From Vicugna vicugna (taxonomy: Eukaryota): 64,000 nt of DNA. Location: positions 5,636,921 to 5,700,920 of the forward strand of contig MU060807.1 of NCBI GenBank assembly GCA_013265495.1. Direction: 5' to 3'. Made by a program: the position numbers and the translations under genes. The notes under the pieces were generated by a model that had not been told where the DNA came from, ran no database searches, and saw nothing but the letters and a program-made list of their open reading frames with translations. Of this stretch, positions 35,821-47,150 are shown in pieces (the first letter of the stretch is position 1; each line of letters begins with the position of its first letter).

Positions 35821-38140
35821 TTCTCTGTAAGAACCTATTCATCAAGTAAGTTTTGCTAATTTGGAACCATCATTCAGATCTTTTTCATATACGTTTAATT
35901 TATACGTACTTCCAATTCCATTCCCCCTTCAAACAAAACAAAGCAAAGCAAAACAAAACAAAACTGAAATGTGTTAGTTTCATTCAGAAATGTGCCAGAA
36001 CCCTTAGGGGAGGGCAGAGATTAATCCTCATGAATCCAGTTTTCCCTGAATCACTTTGTGTGGCTGGTACCAAGGTTTGTGTAACAAACATGAGAGACAA
36101 AATTCTCTCCTGGGGGCTTAGTAGGACTTTGACCAAGACTCTTTTTTTTTTGATGTTTTCAGTAAATATCATTAATACAAAATCTGGTTCTATCAACGTA
36201 GAAACACATCCTCTTTATGGTGTGTTTCTGTGTGATGGAGAATGGGCTTTGGGCGGCAGTGCAGGTAAATTTCCCCCATTAACCTTCTCTTCCTCAGGTG
36301 TCCTTAAGTCACTTCACCTCTCAGACTAAAAAGTTCCTTTCTTTGAAAGAATTATCACAGAAGTCGCCTTCATTTCTTCAGGGACTTTGCAGGGAGCAAA
36401 TAAGACTGTACATAAAGCGGCAAGTTAGATGCTGTAAAATCTATAAAAGCTCATAGAGTTTGACTGACCAGTAGTTTTTAACTTGAAAAATGCAAAGGAA
36501 GAAATACCTTTCTTCTTCAAACCGTGGGAGGAAGGATGGCTCACCTCACTCTTGTGCTTTGATTTTTTTTTTTTTCCTCCCTTTGGTGAGAGACCAAGAT
36601 ATAAGTCAAAAAACAAGTGAGGTGAAGACAGGGCCTCCTGCTGGGACGTATTTTCCAAAGTCTCAATTGGAAAATATGATAATAAGTTATTAATCAATCT
36701 CTGTTTGCTTTAGGGAGGTAGCTATTCTCCGTGGAGTTTGCTCAGAGCACAGAGGGAAAAGCCTTCAGAATCTCCTCTGTGAAGGTTGCACATGCAAGTA
36801 ATAGCCGACATTTGTGGAGTTTCCTTCTTGGCCAGCCAGAAACTCCCCCTGGCTTGGGAGTGCATGAAGTCTTTAGTGAGAATGTCAACAGTGATTTATT
36901 ATAAGCTGAGTTAATTCTCTCTCCATTTAAAGGCCTTGCATACGACATAATCACTTGCTCCCCTCCTGCCCCGCCACCGAGGGAGCTGCTGATTCTGTGA
37001 TTCTCAAGACAGCTTCATCCAGACACTGGCCACGCTGAGATTTCAGCTGTTTTCTTTGGAAATTTTTGTGGTGGGGGATGGGGCGTGGAGTCTAACTAGT
37101 CAAGTATGGTTCTCACCCAAGAAAACGTCAACGTGAAAGAACCAAGATGTGCGTGTGTGTGTTCTGTGAAAGTATTCACGTAACTGTGTGTCTTTAGGAA
37201 GCTTGGGAGAATGTCTTGGCAGCAGAGCAGGAGAAGTCATAAGCTCAGCCCTCGGTGATGGGCTGGGTAGACTTCTGCTGTTGGGTTTGCTGTTCCTTTG
37301 GTTGTTTCTGGACTCACAAACTAAATAGAGGTGATGGAAATCTGAAGAAGGTTCAGAGAGGAGCCCAGATAACTTCAAAGTTTGGAAGTAAGGCCTAAAA
37401 GCAATATGTAGGTAGTAGTAAACGTGGAGAGAAGCGAGTGAACTGGAGATTGTGACATCTTTAATCACATGAACGTCTTAGACACCAGTAATCTGGTCAT
37501 TTCCAGGTTTTCTAGAGACATGAAATGAAAGTGGAGCATATACGCCGCGGTTGTCATGGCTGGGCTGTCGGCACTGGGCGGGTTACCCCTGAACCGCTGT
37601 TTGGACTGTGATCTTTGTGCTGAGAAAGCTCTGGGCTACTTATTCTGTAATAAGGCAAAAGTGATGATTTCTCTCAATGCCCCTTCCGTGCCACTTACAA
37701 CACTCAGTATCATAGACCGGTTTTCCCCCAGATCTCTACAAGGAGGGACACTCATCTGATTCTCTATTTGAAGACATTGCTATTTAGAAGGATAAAAGCA
37801 CATATTCTCCTCTGCACATTTCAGTAACACTCATTCAGTTACAGGGTTATTTCTTTTTCCTTCTGAAAACGTTCTCATTTATAAGGACACTTTTGTTATT
37901 CAGCATCACCTGACTGCCTCATCTTAGAGGGAAAAGCTTTACATCCCTGATATTGATAAACATCTTTATAACCATTCCAGGTGCACTTAACAAATTTTTA
38001 AAAAGCTATTGAAGGCTTAAGAAAATTATAGAAGGTTAAAGACAGACCGTCACTACCCTCAAGTCAGTAGTGTTACCATTTATATTGAGAGATTTAAGCA
38101 GGGGCATCGTAAGTATAATTTTCAAGTTAAGAGAACATCT

Positions 38141-38455
38141 AAATAAGTTCATTTGTGTCATTTTTTTTTAGATTCCACATATAAGCAGTATCATATGAAC
38201 TTATTTGCAAAACAGAACCAGACTCACAGACATAGAAAACAAACCTATGGTTACTAGGGGGAAAAGGGGGGGAGAAGGGATAAACTGGGAGTTTGAGATT
38301 TGCAGACACTAACTACTATATATAAAATAGATAAACAATAAATTTCTACTGTGTAGCATAGGGAACTTGAAGTAACCTGTAATGAAAAAGAATATGAAAA
38401 GGAATATATGTGAAAATAAAGTAAATAAAATGATAAAATACTTAAAAAAAAAAAA
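38141..38455 (+). mobile_element. 5'-truncated L1 3' UTR with 5' inversion
   Basis: 38141-38197 is the reverse complement of the L1 3' UTR segment (cttatatgtggaatctaaaaaa..acaaatgaacttattt). The forward segment starts atgaacttatttgcaaaacag at 38195. A12 lies at 38444-38455. Confidence 0.88.
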
Positions 38456-38473
38456 GAGAGACAGCATCCAAGG

Positions 38474-38728
38474 CAGCCTTTCTCAACCTTGGCATCACTG
38501 ACCTCAGAGGCTGGATCATTCTGTGTTGTGGGGGCGGTAGGGGGGTGACTGTATGATGTTTAACAGCAACCATGGCCTCTGACCACTTGATGGCAATGCC
38601 TGCTCCCATTCCACTCCATCCCATCTCTGCCCTCACACCCCTGCCACCAAATGGTGACACTATAGTTCTTTCTGGATGTGGCCAAATGTCCCTTGTGGGG
38701 CCATGTTGCTCTCAGTTGAGAACAACTG
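38474..38728. mobile_element. MER20 hAT-Charlie MITE
   Basis: cagcctttctcaaccttggca..ggatcattctgtgttgtggggg..gccaaatgtccc..gttgagaacaactg. Confidence 0.9.
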
Positions 38729-39669
38729 ATCTGAGGAGACAACACTAACCTCTCTGACAGGTCTGTGACTAAGATAAAATGAAAAATTGGGGGCCCAAGG
38801 TCATGAGAATATTTTTGCTTTGAAACCCTTACATCAGCGGTTGTGATTATTGTCAGTATTTGGAAAGTACAGTGAGGAACCCCAAAGAGTCTGGAAATAG
38901 AGGAAACAAGATTGTTGTCAAAGAGTCAAACTCTAATATGAGTGCACCAACGTACAGTCATGTAGTTGTTGAATTTCCATCTTTCCAAGCAGAAAGCTCA
39001 TAACAATTCTCCATTAAACTAAGGCCTAATTTAGAGACTCAAAAATCTCTTGATTATGTTAACCACTTTTATAGTCTTCTGAAAAAAACAGAGCTATTTA
39101 CAAGATATTGAAACCCACTAAATCTTGTTGCTGTTTGTAGGCTGTTCTCCTGACATACCCTGACTCCTCCAGCCTTCACTTGGGGCACACTCAAAGAAGC
39201 ACCTACCTGATTGAGATTTAGAATAAAACAGAAAGAATAAACCATTATCTGCCTTTTCCTTAAAAAGTGGAGATGTGATGAATGTCTCCAGCTTTCATGC
39301 TGTGCTTCACCCAGCGACTTCAGGGCTGATCATCTTTATCAGGTTCTACATGGAAGCGTGCATACTAGTGCGACAGCTGTTTAACCATCGACCACTGATG
39401 CTTTCAGCTACATAGGACTGAAAAATGAGGACAAAATTAAAATTGTTTGCAGCAGTTCATCATCCTGTTGCCAGCTTATACTTTTATACCCAGATATTCT
39501 ATATAAGCCATGCTATACGATGTTCTTTTTGTTCCAGGTTTCTTAATTCTCATTCAGAGTATTTATTCTAATACCATCATGAAAAGCAGAATGTGACAAA
39601 TAGGCTCTGGCCCCGCAAAGAGCATAATTTGAAGTGATGTACAAGAGAGTATGTCCTAAGACTTTCTTT

Positions 39670-40320
39670 TTTTTTTTTTAACTTTTTTATTGATTTATAA
39701 TCATTTCACAATGTTGTGTCAAATTCCAGTGTAGAGCACAATTTTTCAGTTATACATGAACATATATATATATGCATTGTCACATTTTTTTTCTCTGTGA
39801 GCTACCACAAGATCTTGTATGTATTTTCCTGTGCTCTGCAGTATAATCTTGTTTATCTGTTCTACAATTTTGAAATCCCAGTCTATCTCTTCCCACCCCC
39901 TGCCCCCTTGGCAACCACAAGTTTGTATTCTATGTCTGTGAGTCTATTTCTGTTTTGTATTTATGCTTTGGTTTTTTTTTATTTTTTAGATTCCACATAT
40001 GAGCGATCTCATATGGTATTTTTCTGTCTCTTTCTGGTTTACTTCGCTTAGAACGACATTCTCCAGGAGCATCCATGTTGCTGCAAATGNNNNNNNNNNN
40101 NNNNNNNNNNNNNNNNNNNNNNNNNNNNNNNNNNNNNNNNNNNNNNNNNNNNNNNNNNNNNNNNNNNNNNNNNNNNNNNNNNNNNNNNNNNNNNNNNNNN
40201 NNNNNNNNNNNNNNNNNNNNNNNNNNATCGGGGTGCAGGTGTCATCCTGAAGTAGGGTTCCTTCTGGATATATGCCCAGGAGCGGGATTCCTGGGTCATA
40301 TGGTAAGTCTATTCCTAGTC
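39670..40320 (-). mobile_element. Young camelid-type L1, 5'-truncated, with perfect 18-bp TSD
   Basis: Poly-T plus the reverse L1 3' UTR (ttccacatatgagcgatctcatatggtattt, ggatatatgcccaggagcgggattcctgggtcatatgg). TSD tgtcctaagactttcttt at 39652-39669 and 40321-40338. An N gap lies inside it (40090-40226). Confidence 0.95.
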
Positions 40321-43300
40321 TGTCCTAAGACTTTCTTTAAAATGTATATCGTTGTAGTTTTATATACTTTAAGATTAATTGAATGCATGGCTCTACTCAT
40401 GTAGAAAAGAAAAAGAAAATCATACCCTATAAGGATGGCATAATCTAACAGTTGTATTCCAAGAATGGCTTTAGGGAGCAGTGGAAGTTAAAAATCAGTG
40501 TAAGAAGGAAAACTCAAAACCATGCCTTTCTTTAACAAAACACATATGCATCAAAAATAAGTTCTGCATTTTTTTCTGAGTACTGTTTTCATAGGTCATC
40601 AACATGATACCATCTTTACACTTTTCTCCTGGGAGCCAGCACCGTGAGTTTTAGAAAATAGGTTTTATTTATCATTGTATCTTTTAGCACCTGCTGTGGT
40701 GCTTCACACATAATAGATGGCCAATGATATTTGTCAAACGAGTAAGTGAAGTGTAAATGTAAATTCAAATATAATATTATCTCTCAGTTTTGCATATCTC
40801 TAATCATTAAAATAACTCAGTGATATTGGAGCTATTCTCTGAAATACCATAGAATGTGAAGATATTTCATTAACTTCTGCATGTTGCACAAAATCTAAAG
40901 TTTCAGCAAAGATTGAGATCCTGTTCAGTTGGGGATTTGGGGTACTGAAAATATAAAACTCTTGTTTGAATCAGACCTGGAAGGCATGGGTGATGCAGGA
41001 TTACGCCATTATCAAAAAGGAGAAATTCCCCAAAGATGATACAACTGTGTAAATTGACACCCTCAGCTCCTAAGAAAAGATGGCTATGCCAATTTACGAT
41101 GAGGTGAAAATGACACTTACTCCAGCAATATTTATTATAGTGAGGCTGATACTAATCTTTTAGCCACCAGTAATTACCTGAAGATAGAGGAAGACAGGAG
41201 GGAAGACACTTAAGAAGACGTTCACGGTGATGGGTCAGAAAAGTGGCGGTGCGGAGGAGTTAACGTACAGCACAACATGTGGATCCTTTGTGTTCCTGGA
41301 CGTTGGCCGGACCCGTGGCCCATGCCGAGTTCTTTAAGCAAAGAGGGCCACATGGTAGTTGAGTGAAATCTGATGTTTTGCTTACTTGTCTCAGACATGT
41401 TTACTTTAGCAGAGGGTTATGGAAAGGTTGAATCAATAAACACTTTCTTTTCAGTCAGCAGACTTGCCATGGACATCAATAGTCGTGCTTAAAATGAAAC
41501 TGGTCTTTCTCTATGAATGGAAGCATTTCTTGTCTCCTTGGAGAAAATGGGATCCTGGCTAGAGACTTTTACATTGCTTTATTCTATTCTGAACAACGTT
41601 TTGTGTAACTGGTAAATGAGAACTTAGATAGTAAATTTGTTTTTTAATCTTTATAATCGTTTTGAATAAGAAATGATAACTAAACTGTCTAATGATTTTA
41701 TGACTTGCACCCTATAATCTATTTGGATTGAAGTAAATAGTGATGATTTTTGTAATCCCATAACCCTAGGTCACAAGTGGATTTTAGGTGTCCCATCTGA
41801 GTTTTGCCTTAATCTTTCCATACAGGAACATTTTATAAAAAAGAAAGCAAATTTAATTCTCCCATATAGCACTGTCTTGCCATGTGTCTCTAGTTAAAAA
41901 AAAAAAAACACAAACATACAACAAAAAAATAAGCTAGGAATTCAGAACTTGAAAAATGGCCATGGAAAGTTAAAAAAAAATGATGAATGGATTTTTTTTT
42001 TTCTGAAAATGCAACTAGAATGACATAAAGATAAACAGCCAAATGAAGCATACTTTAAACCCCTTCACTTTTCTGTTCTCTCGGGCTTGCCAGATCTATT
42101 GTGCTGGGTGATTAAAAAAATTCATATGTGCCGCCTTAATTCCGGAAGTCACGTATAAACACATGACAAGCTTAGAATATTCTCGTCTTCCGTTGGCTTG
42201 GATGTCCGCTGTAATGTACACGCATCACAAAGCCACTAAATAGGGAAGTTGAAAACAATACGATTTAATGGTGTTTGCAGTTTGTTTTTAAAGAACTTTA
42301 TTTCTCATTATACCTTTGACATCCAGTCACCGTTATCAGCCCTGGGAGTTTGGTTTTTTGCAGACAAAAGCTTTTAGACATCTTCCTGGACCTGGTCCAG
42401 CTGGAACTACAATAGGGTGTTTATTTTATTTCTTCTCCTGTGTTGCTTGTTGGGTACCCACCACATACAGGTGCACATCAAGGGCTATCATTTCCCCCTT
42501 GTTCTTGAAACGGAAAAAAGTGCTGAGGAATTGCTTAGTGAATCGGAGGAGGCCCCGAAGCAGGTGGGGACACTGATGCATGACACCAAGATTATCAGTG
42601 CCAGTGAAACGAGCCTGAGTGGCTTGATCTGTTCTGTGCTCTGGAGCCTAAGCAGGAAAGGCAGGGAAGGTAGGCAAGCTCCAGGTGAGAACTGGAGGCA
42701 GTTGCCTCAGGATGTGCAGAACACTCAACACCTCTGTTCCAGCAACACAGAGAAGAGGCCAACACAAAGCAAATGGCCCAGCCACCCGGGCAGATGCCAT
42801 CTGGAGTAAGAAATGGCCCAGCCTTGCATGTTTGAAGCAGTATATTCAATGCAGTGGACGTGGATGAGTTGAGAATATGAAATTGTAAACAAGTGGGATT
42901 CTGTGATGATTTTATAGTTATCTTTATATTCATTTTCACTTTTTCATTTTAGTTTTTTCTTTTTTCAGTATTGGCGACAAGTTGTGATTAAAAAAAAAAA
43001 TCAAGATTTTAGCCTGGCCTTTATTTTTATCCTTTTCATCCTCTTTTCGCCATGTCTTCTAATGGATGAAGACTGCATTTTTGAAAGCCTTGGGAAGGTG
43101 AATAAAATAGGCTGGCTGAAGGTCAGTATAAGAGAATCATCATGGGTAGCTGGAAATATGAATGCACAAGGATGTTTACGACAGCCTGATAGTGAAAACT
43201 GGAAATATTCTCAAGCTGAAATTACAGGCGATAAGTCGAATAAATTACGGCACAGCCAAACGGGCCACAGGTGCAACTATTTAAAACTGTGGTGGAGCAG

Positions 43301-43384
43301 TACGTATGGATATGGGGATACGCTGATAACGTTTTAATGTAGGGTGGGCTTGTGTGCTTTTGAAAAAAATAGAAACCAAAATGT

Positions 43385-43842
43385 TAATAGTACCCCATGC
43401 CCTGGGTGTCAGGATTATGAATGACTGCAGAAGTCGCTGCACATTCTCCCAATGCAAATCCTCCTACCAGATAGCAGAGTCGGTTTCTCCATCCCTGGAT
43501 TCTGGAATGGCCATGTGAATTGTTGGCCAGCACACCATTGGCACATATAATACTATTAGAGGTTTGGAAAGAGCTTGTGCATTGGGACTTGCTTTCTTGC
43601 TTCTCTGGAAACCCTGCTACTCCCACCATTAGAACAAAGTTGGATAAGGTGACACTGATGACCCAGTCACCTCTAGGCAACCTCCAGAAATGGAGCCACC
43701 TAACCTACTGGCTGTAGGAAAACCTTGCAGATGAGTCCAGCCCAAATTGAGGACTCAGAGAAATATAAACGAAGTAGGTGGCTATTACTTTAAGCCAGAA
43801 AGTTTTGGGGTAGTTTGTTATGCAGCAAGAGCTAACAGATAC
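43385..43842 (+). mobile_element. MaLR LTR (MLT1-type)
   Basis: cggtttctccatccctggattctggaatggccatgtga and the canonical end ttttggggtagtttgttatgcagcaagagctaacagatac. Confidence 0.85.
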
Positions 43843-44409
43843 CCTGTGCGTTTCCCTGTGTGTGCAAGCTTGTGTTTCTGAAGGGATAGAAGTCAAAACG
43901 TTATTAGTGCTTTTGTTCTATCTTGGGACGTGGGATTATGGGTGAATTTTACTCTTGTTTATACTTCCTCTTTTTTTCCTAAGACAATCATGTTTATCCA
44001 TGTGATAAAAACAAACAAGTAAGATAAAAGGAAAAAGCCTCAAATTGACATAAAACAATTAATTGCTTTATGGAAAGGAGGAACGAACTCCTAAGTATGG
44101 TTATTTGCTTTGTCTATTTTTCCAAGTTGACTTTTCTTGATGGTTCTATTAACCAAGCAGATTTACATGCCATCAGAGGTTACTGTAAAAAGGATGGNNN
44201 NNNNNNNNNNNNNNNNNNNNNNNNNNNNNNNNNNNNNNNNNNNNNNNNNNNNNNNNNNNNNNNNNNNNNNNNNNNNNNNNNNNNNNNNNNNNNNNNNNNN
44301 NNNNNNNNNNNNNNNNNNNNNNNNNNNNNNNNNNNNNNGATCAAGCAATTGTGCCTCTTGGTGTTTATCTAAAAAGAGCTGAAAACTTATGTCTGCATAA
44401 AAAAAAAAA

Positions 44410-45065
44410 CCCGCACAAGGATGTGTATAGCAGCTGCTTTATCCCTAATAAACTGGGAAGCAACCAAGATGTCTTTCAGCAGGTAAATGGATAAATAAAC
44501 TGTGATCCAGACAATGGAATATTGTTCATTACTAAAAAAAAAAAGAACTATCAAGCCATGAATAGACATGGAGGAACCTTATATGCATGTTACTGAGTGA
44601 AAGAGGCCAGTCCAAAAAGGCTAACTATGTATGATTCCACTTAATATGGCATTCTGGAAATGGCAAGAATATGGACACAGCAAAAAGTTCAGTGGATGTT
44701 AAGGCTTGGGGAGGGGGCAGGGTGGTGGCAAATAGGCAGAGCACAGAGGATTTATAAGGCAGTGACAACTACTCTGTATGATACCATATTGATGGGTACC
44801 AGTCATTAAACTTTGGTCCAGAATGATCGAACATGCAAGACTAAGAGTGAACCATAATGTAAGCTATGGACTTTGAGTGACTATGATGTGTCAGTGTAGA
44901 TTCATCTGTTGTAGCGTGTGCACCACTCTGGTGGGAGATGTTGACAACAGGGGAGGCTATGCCTATGAGGGGCTAGGAAGCCTTTGGGAATGTCTGTACC
45001 TTTCCCTCAGTTTTGCAGTGAACCTTAAACAGCTCTAAAAAAACAAAGTCATAATAATTTTAAAA
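44410..45065 (+). mobile_element. L1MC-type 3' end
   Basis: aactgggaagcaaccaagatgtctttcagcaggtaaatggata..aagagtgaaccataatgtaagctatggactttg..tctgtacctttccctcagttttgcagtgaacc. Confidence 0.9.
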
Positions 45066-45739
45066 ATGCAGAAACAGAGGTAGCTGCAGAGCATAAAGAG
45101 ATGCCGTTTAAGTTTCTCACTACCCTAGGTCTGTGCCTTCGTTGCGCTGATGAAAAAAAAGATCAAAAAATTAAAATGCCTAACAGAAATGACATTTTAA
45201 AAGAGTCTATGCTCATATTTCTTCGACTTTACTTTTATTAATCATCTATATAAACACAGAAGAAAAGTGAGAAGGTGTGAAAAGGAAAAACATTTTGAAG
45301 CTTAATAGACTTGATACCAGAATGATAACACAGGTGATTGAGAAAGATGATGGAACACGAGGCATGGAGCTGAGTGATGAAGGATATTTTCAGAAGCAGG
45401 AGGGATGCTTGCTAGATAGGAGCCGGGTAGACTTCATACACACCGAGCCTCGAAAATGGGCGGAAGGCTTATGACACTCATCGCATTTTTTAAGGATGAG
45501 TGAAAATAAAGAAACCACAGTTGAAACTCCAAGAAGCCTTCCAGTGAACCACAGATATCTTCTCAGAGAATGAGTTCACTTTGATGCTTTGTATAATCAG
45601 ACTGTATTTTGAAAATTCCCTCAAGGTTTACCATCTCCTTCTTACCAACTTTTTTTTTTTCATCTCAACTGTCCAATTGCTACTTTACAGGCTCAGTTAT
45701 CAATGATTATCAGCTCACTGAAGGAATATTCCATTCACA

Positions 45740-45756
45740 AGGTCATTTGAAGGTCA
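45740..45756 (+). promoter_or_regulatory. Perfect DR5 nuclear-receptor element (RARE-like)
   Basis: AGGTCA-tttga-AGGTCA. Motif only. Confidence 0.45.
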
Positions 45757-46754
45757 TTTTGAACAGATGTCTTTGCTTTGTCTGAGTCCTATCTTTGTAA
45801 TATTCGTGAGGTTTAATCTTTTCATACATTAGGAAGTATTTAGAGAATTTTTTTTCAGAGTTTTGAAATGCACACTTACCAGATGCAGGAGACTGAGGCA
45901 TTTGAAAAAAAAGGCTGAGTTTAACAGAGAATATCCAATTATCATTGTGTGAATGGACGAGCAGGGAACAAATCCAGCCTAGGAGTTGGTTTTTCAACAA
46001 CTTCAGTCTCAAAGGTTCCTTTTCTTTTTCTTTTTTTCTTTTTTGGTTATGGGGACAGTATTTGGGGGCTGGGGAATAGGTCCACTGTGCCAATTTCTGC
46101 ATGCCGTTCTGTTGGGAACATCTTGAAAACTTCACTGCATGTATCTGTTATGTCACAGTGTTTGTTTTTTCAAACAATTTGACATTTTGAGCCGTCAGCA
46201 GCCTGGAAAGTTTGCCTTCCAGATGCAGTTTCTCTGAGCGCCAATTTCCATGTGGTCCATTTCTGCCCCCTTCTCAAACTGTGGGCCAAATTCAAATACC
46301 TGGCCAACCAAACCGACTGTCTTGACAATGCAATTACCTATCAGGGTTTCTCCAGGAGAATGCCAAATCCCGCTTTCCGCAAACTCACCTCGCCAGGTTG
46401 GTAGTGGTTGAAAACTCAGCTGAGTAAAGCATTCTTTATTTTCTTCCTGGTACCAGGTTTCTTGTACGACCTTGCTTCTTACACTGGAACATAACTTTAG
46501 TGTTTCGCTTACTAAACATGGAAAATCCTAACTTATTGCAAGAACTATCTGCCATCTCCCATGCTGTAGATGTTATGATTCTAACATCAGTGATTCCTTT
46601 TGTGGTGGTGTTTACTAATGATTTTCAAAGGCATCCTGCTTCTTATTTTGCATACCGATTGGGACAAGTTTATTTCGAACTGAGAAAGAAAGTAAAATTT
46701 TTCTCAGATGTAAAATGAGGCTAAAATGGTACCTGTAGAAAATATATAGAGAAA

Positions 46755-46950
46755 GAAGGTAGATTATTGGTTGCTTGGAGCTGAGGATGGGAATAGTCAT
46801 TAACTGTAAATGAGCATGAGGCATTTTACTGGGAAATGTTCTGGAACAGGTGATGGTGGCACAGCACAGTAAATTTGCTAAAAGTCATTGAATTGTACAC
46901 TTAAAACGTGAAAGTATGTACCTTAAGCCTCAGTAAGATTATTTAATAAA
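46755..46950 (+). mobile_element. L1MB/L1ME-type 3' end fragment
   Basis: ggttgcttggagctgaggatggg..gctaaaagtcattgaattgtacacttaaaa. Confidence 0.75.
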
Positions 46951-47122
46951 GGGAAGGGTGGTATCTATGTAATAAGGTTCTTTTGATAATTAATTGGTAT
47001 TGTCTATATGAAAGATTTCTTGGATTTAATAAGGGTTCATTAATATTAATCAAAATTATTACTATTAACTTCTATGAAAATCAACTCATTTCCGAGTTTC
47101 CTTTTGCTCTTCGGCAATTATT

Positions 47123-47150
47123 CATACATACACACACACACACACACACA
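47123..47150. repeat. (CATA)2(CA)10 microsatellite
   Basis: Directly visible. Confidence 0.95.

Noticed and set aside
36161-36265. Plus-strand phase 1-1 exon candidate (NIINTKSGSINVETHPLYGVFLCDGEWALGGSA)
   Set aside because: The splice sites are only moderate, the peptide is unrecognised, and no partner exon is nearby. It is indistinguishable from a pseudo-exon.
36970-36990. CTCF-like ccgccaccgagggagctg
   Set aside because: It mismatches the invariant core AG positions of the CTCF motif.
38220-38255. G-quadruplex-capable G runs
   Set aside because: They are part of the ordinary L1 3' UTR G-rich tract, not locus-specific.
42417-42809. 130-aa ORF with a signal-peptide-like N-terminus
   Set aside because: It starts at GTG, the hydrophobic stretch comes from a T-rich tract, and the remainder is unrecognisable.
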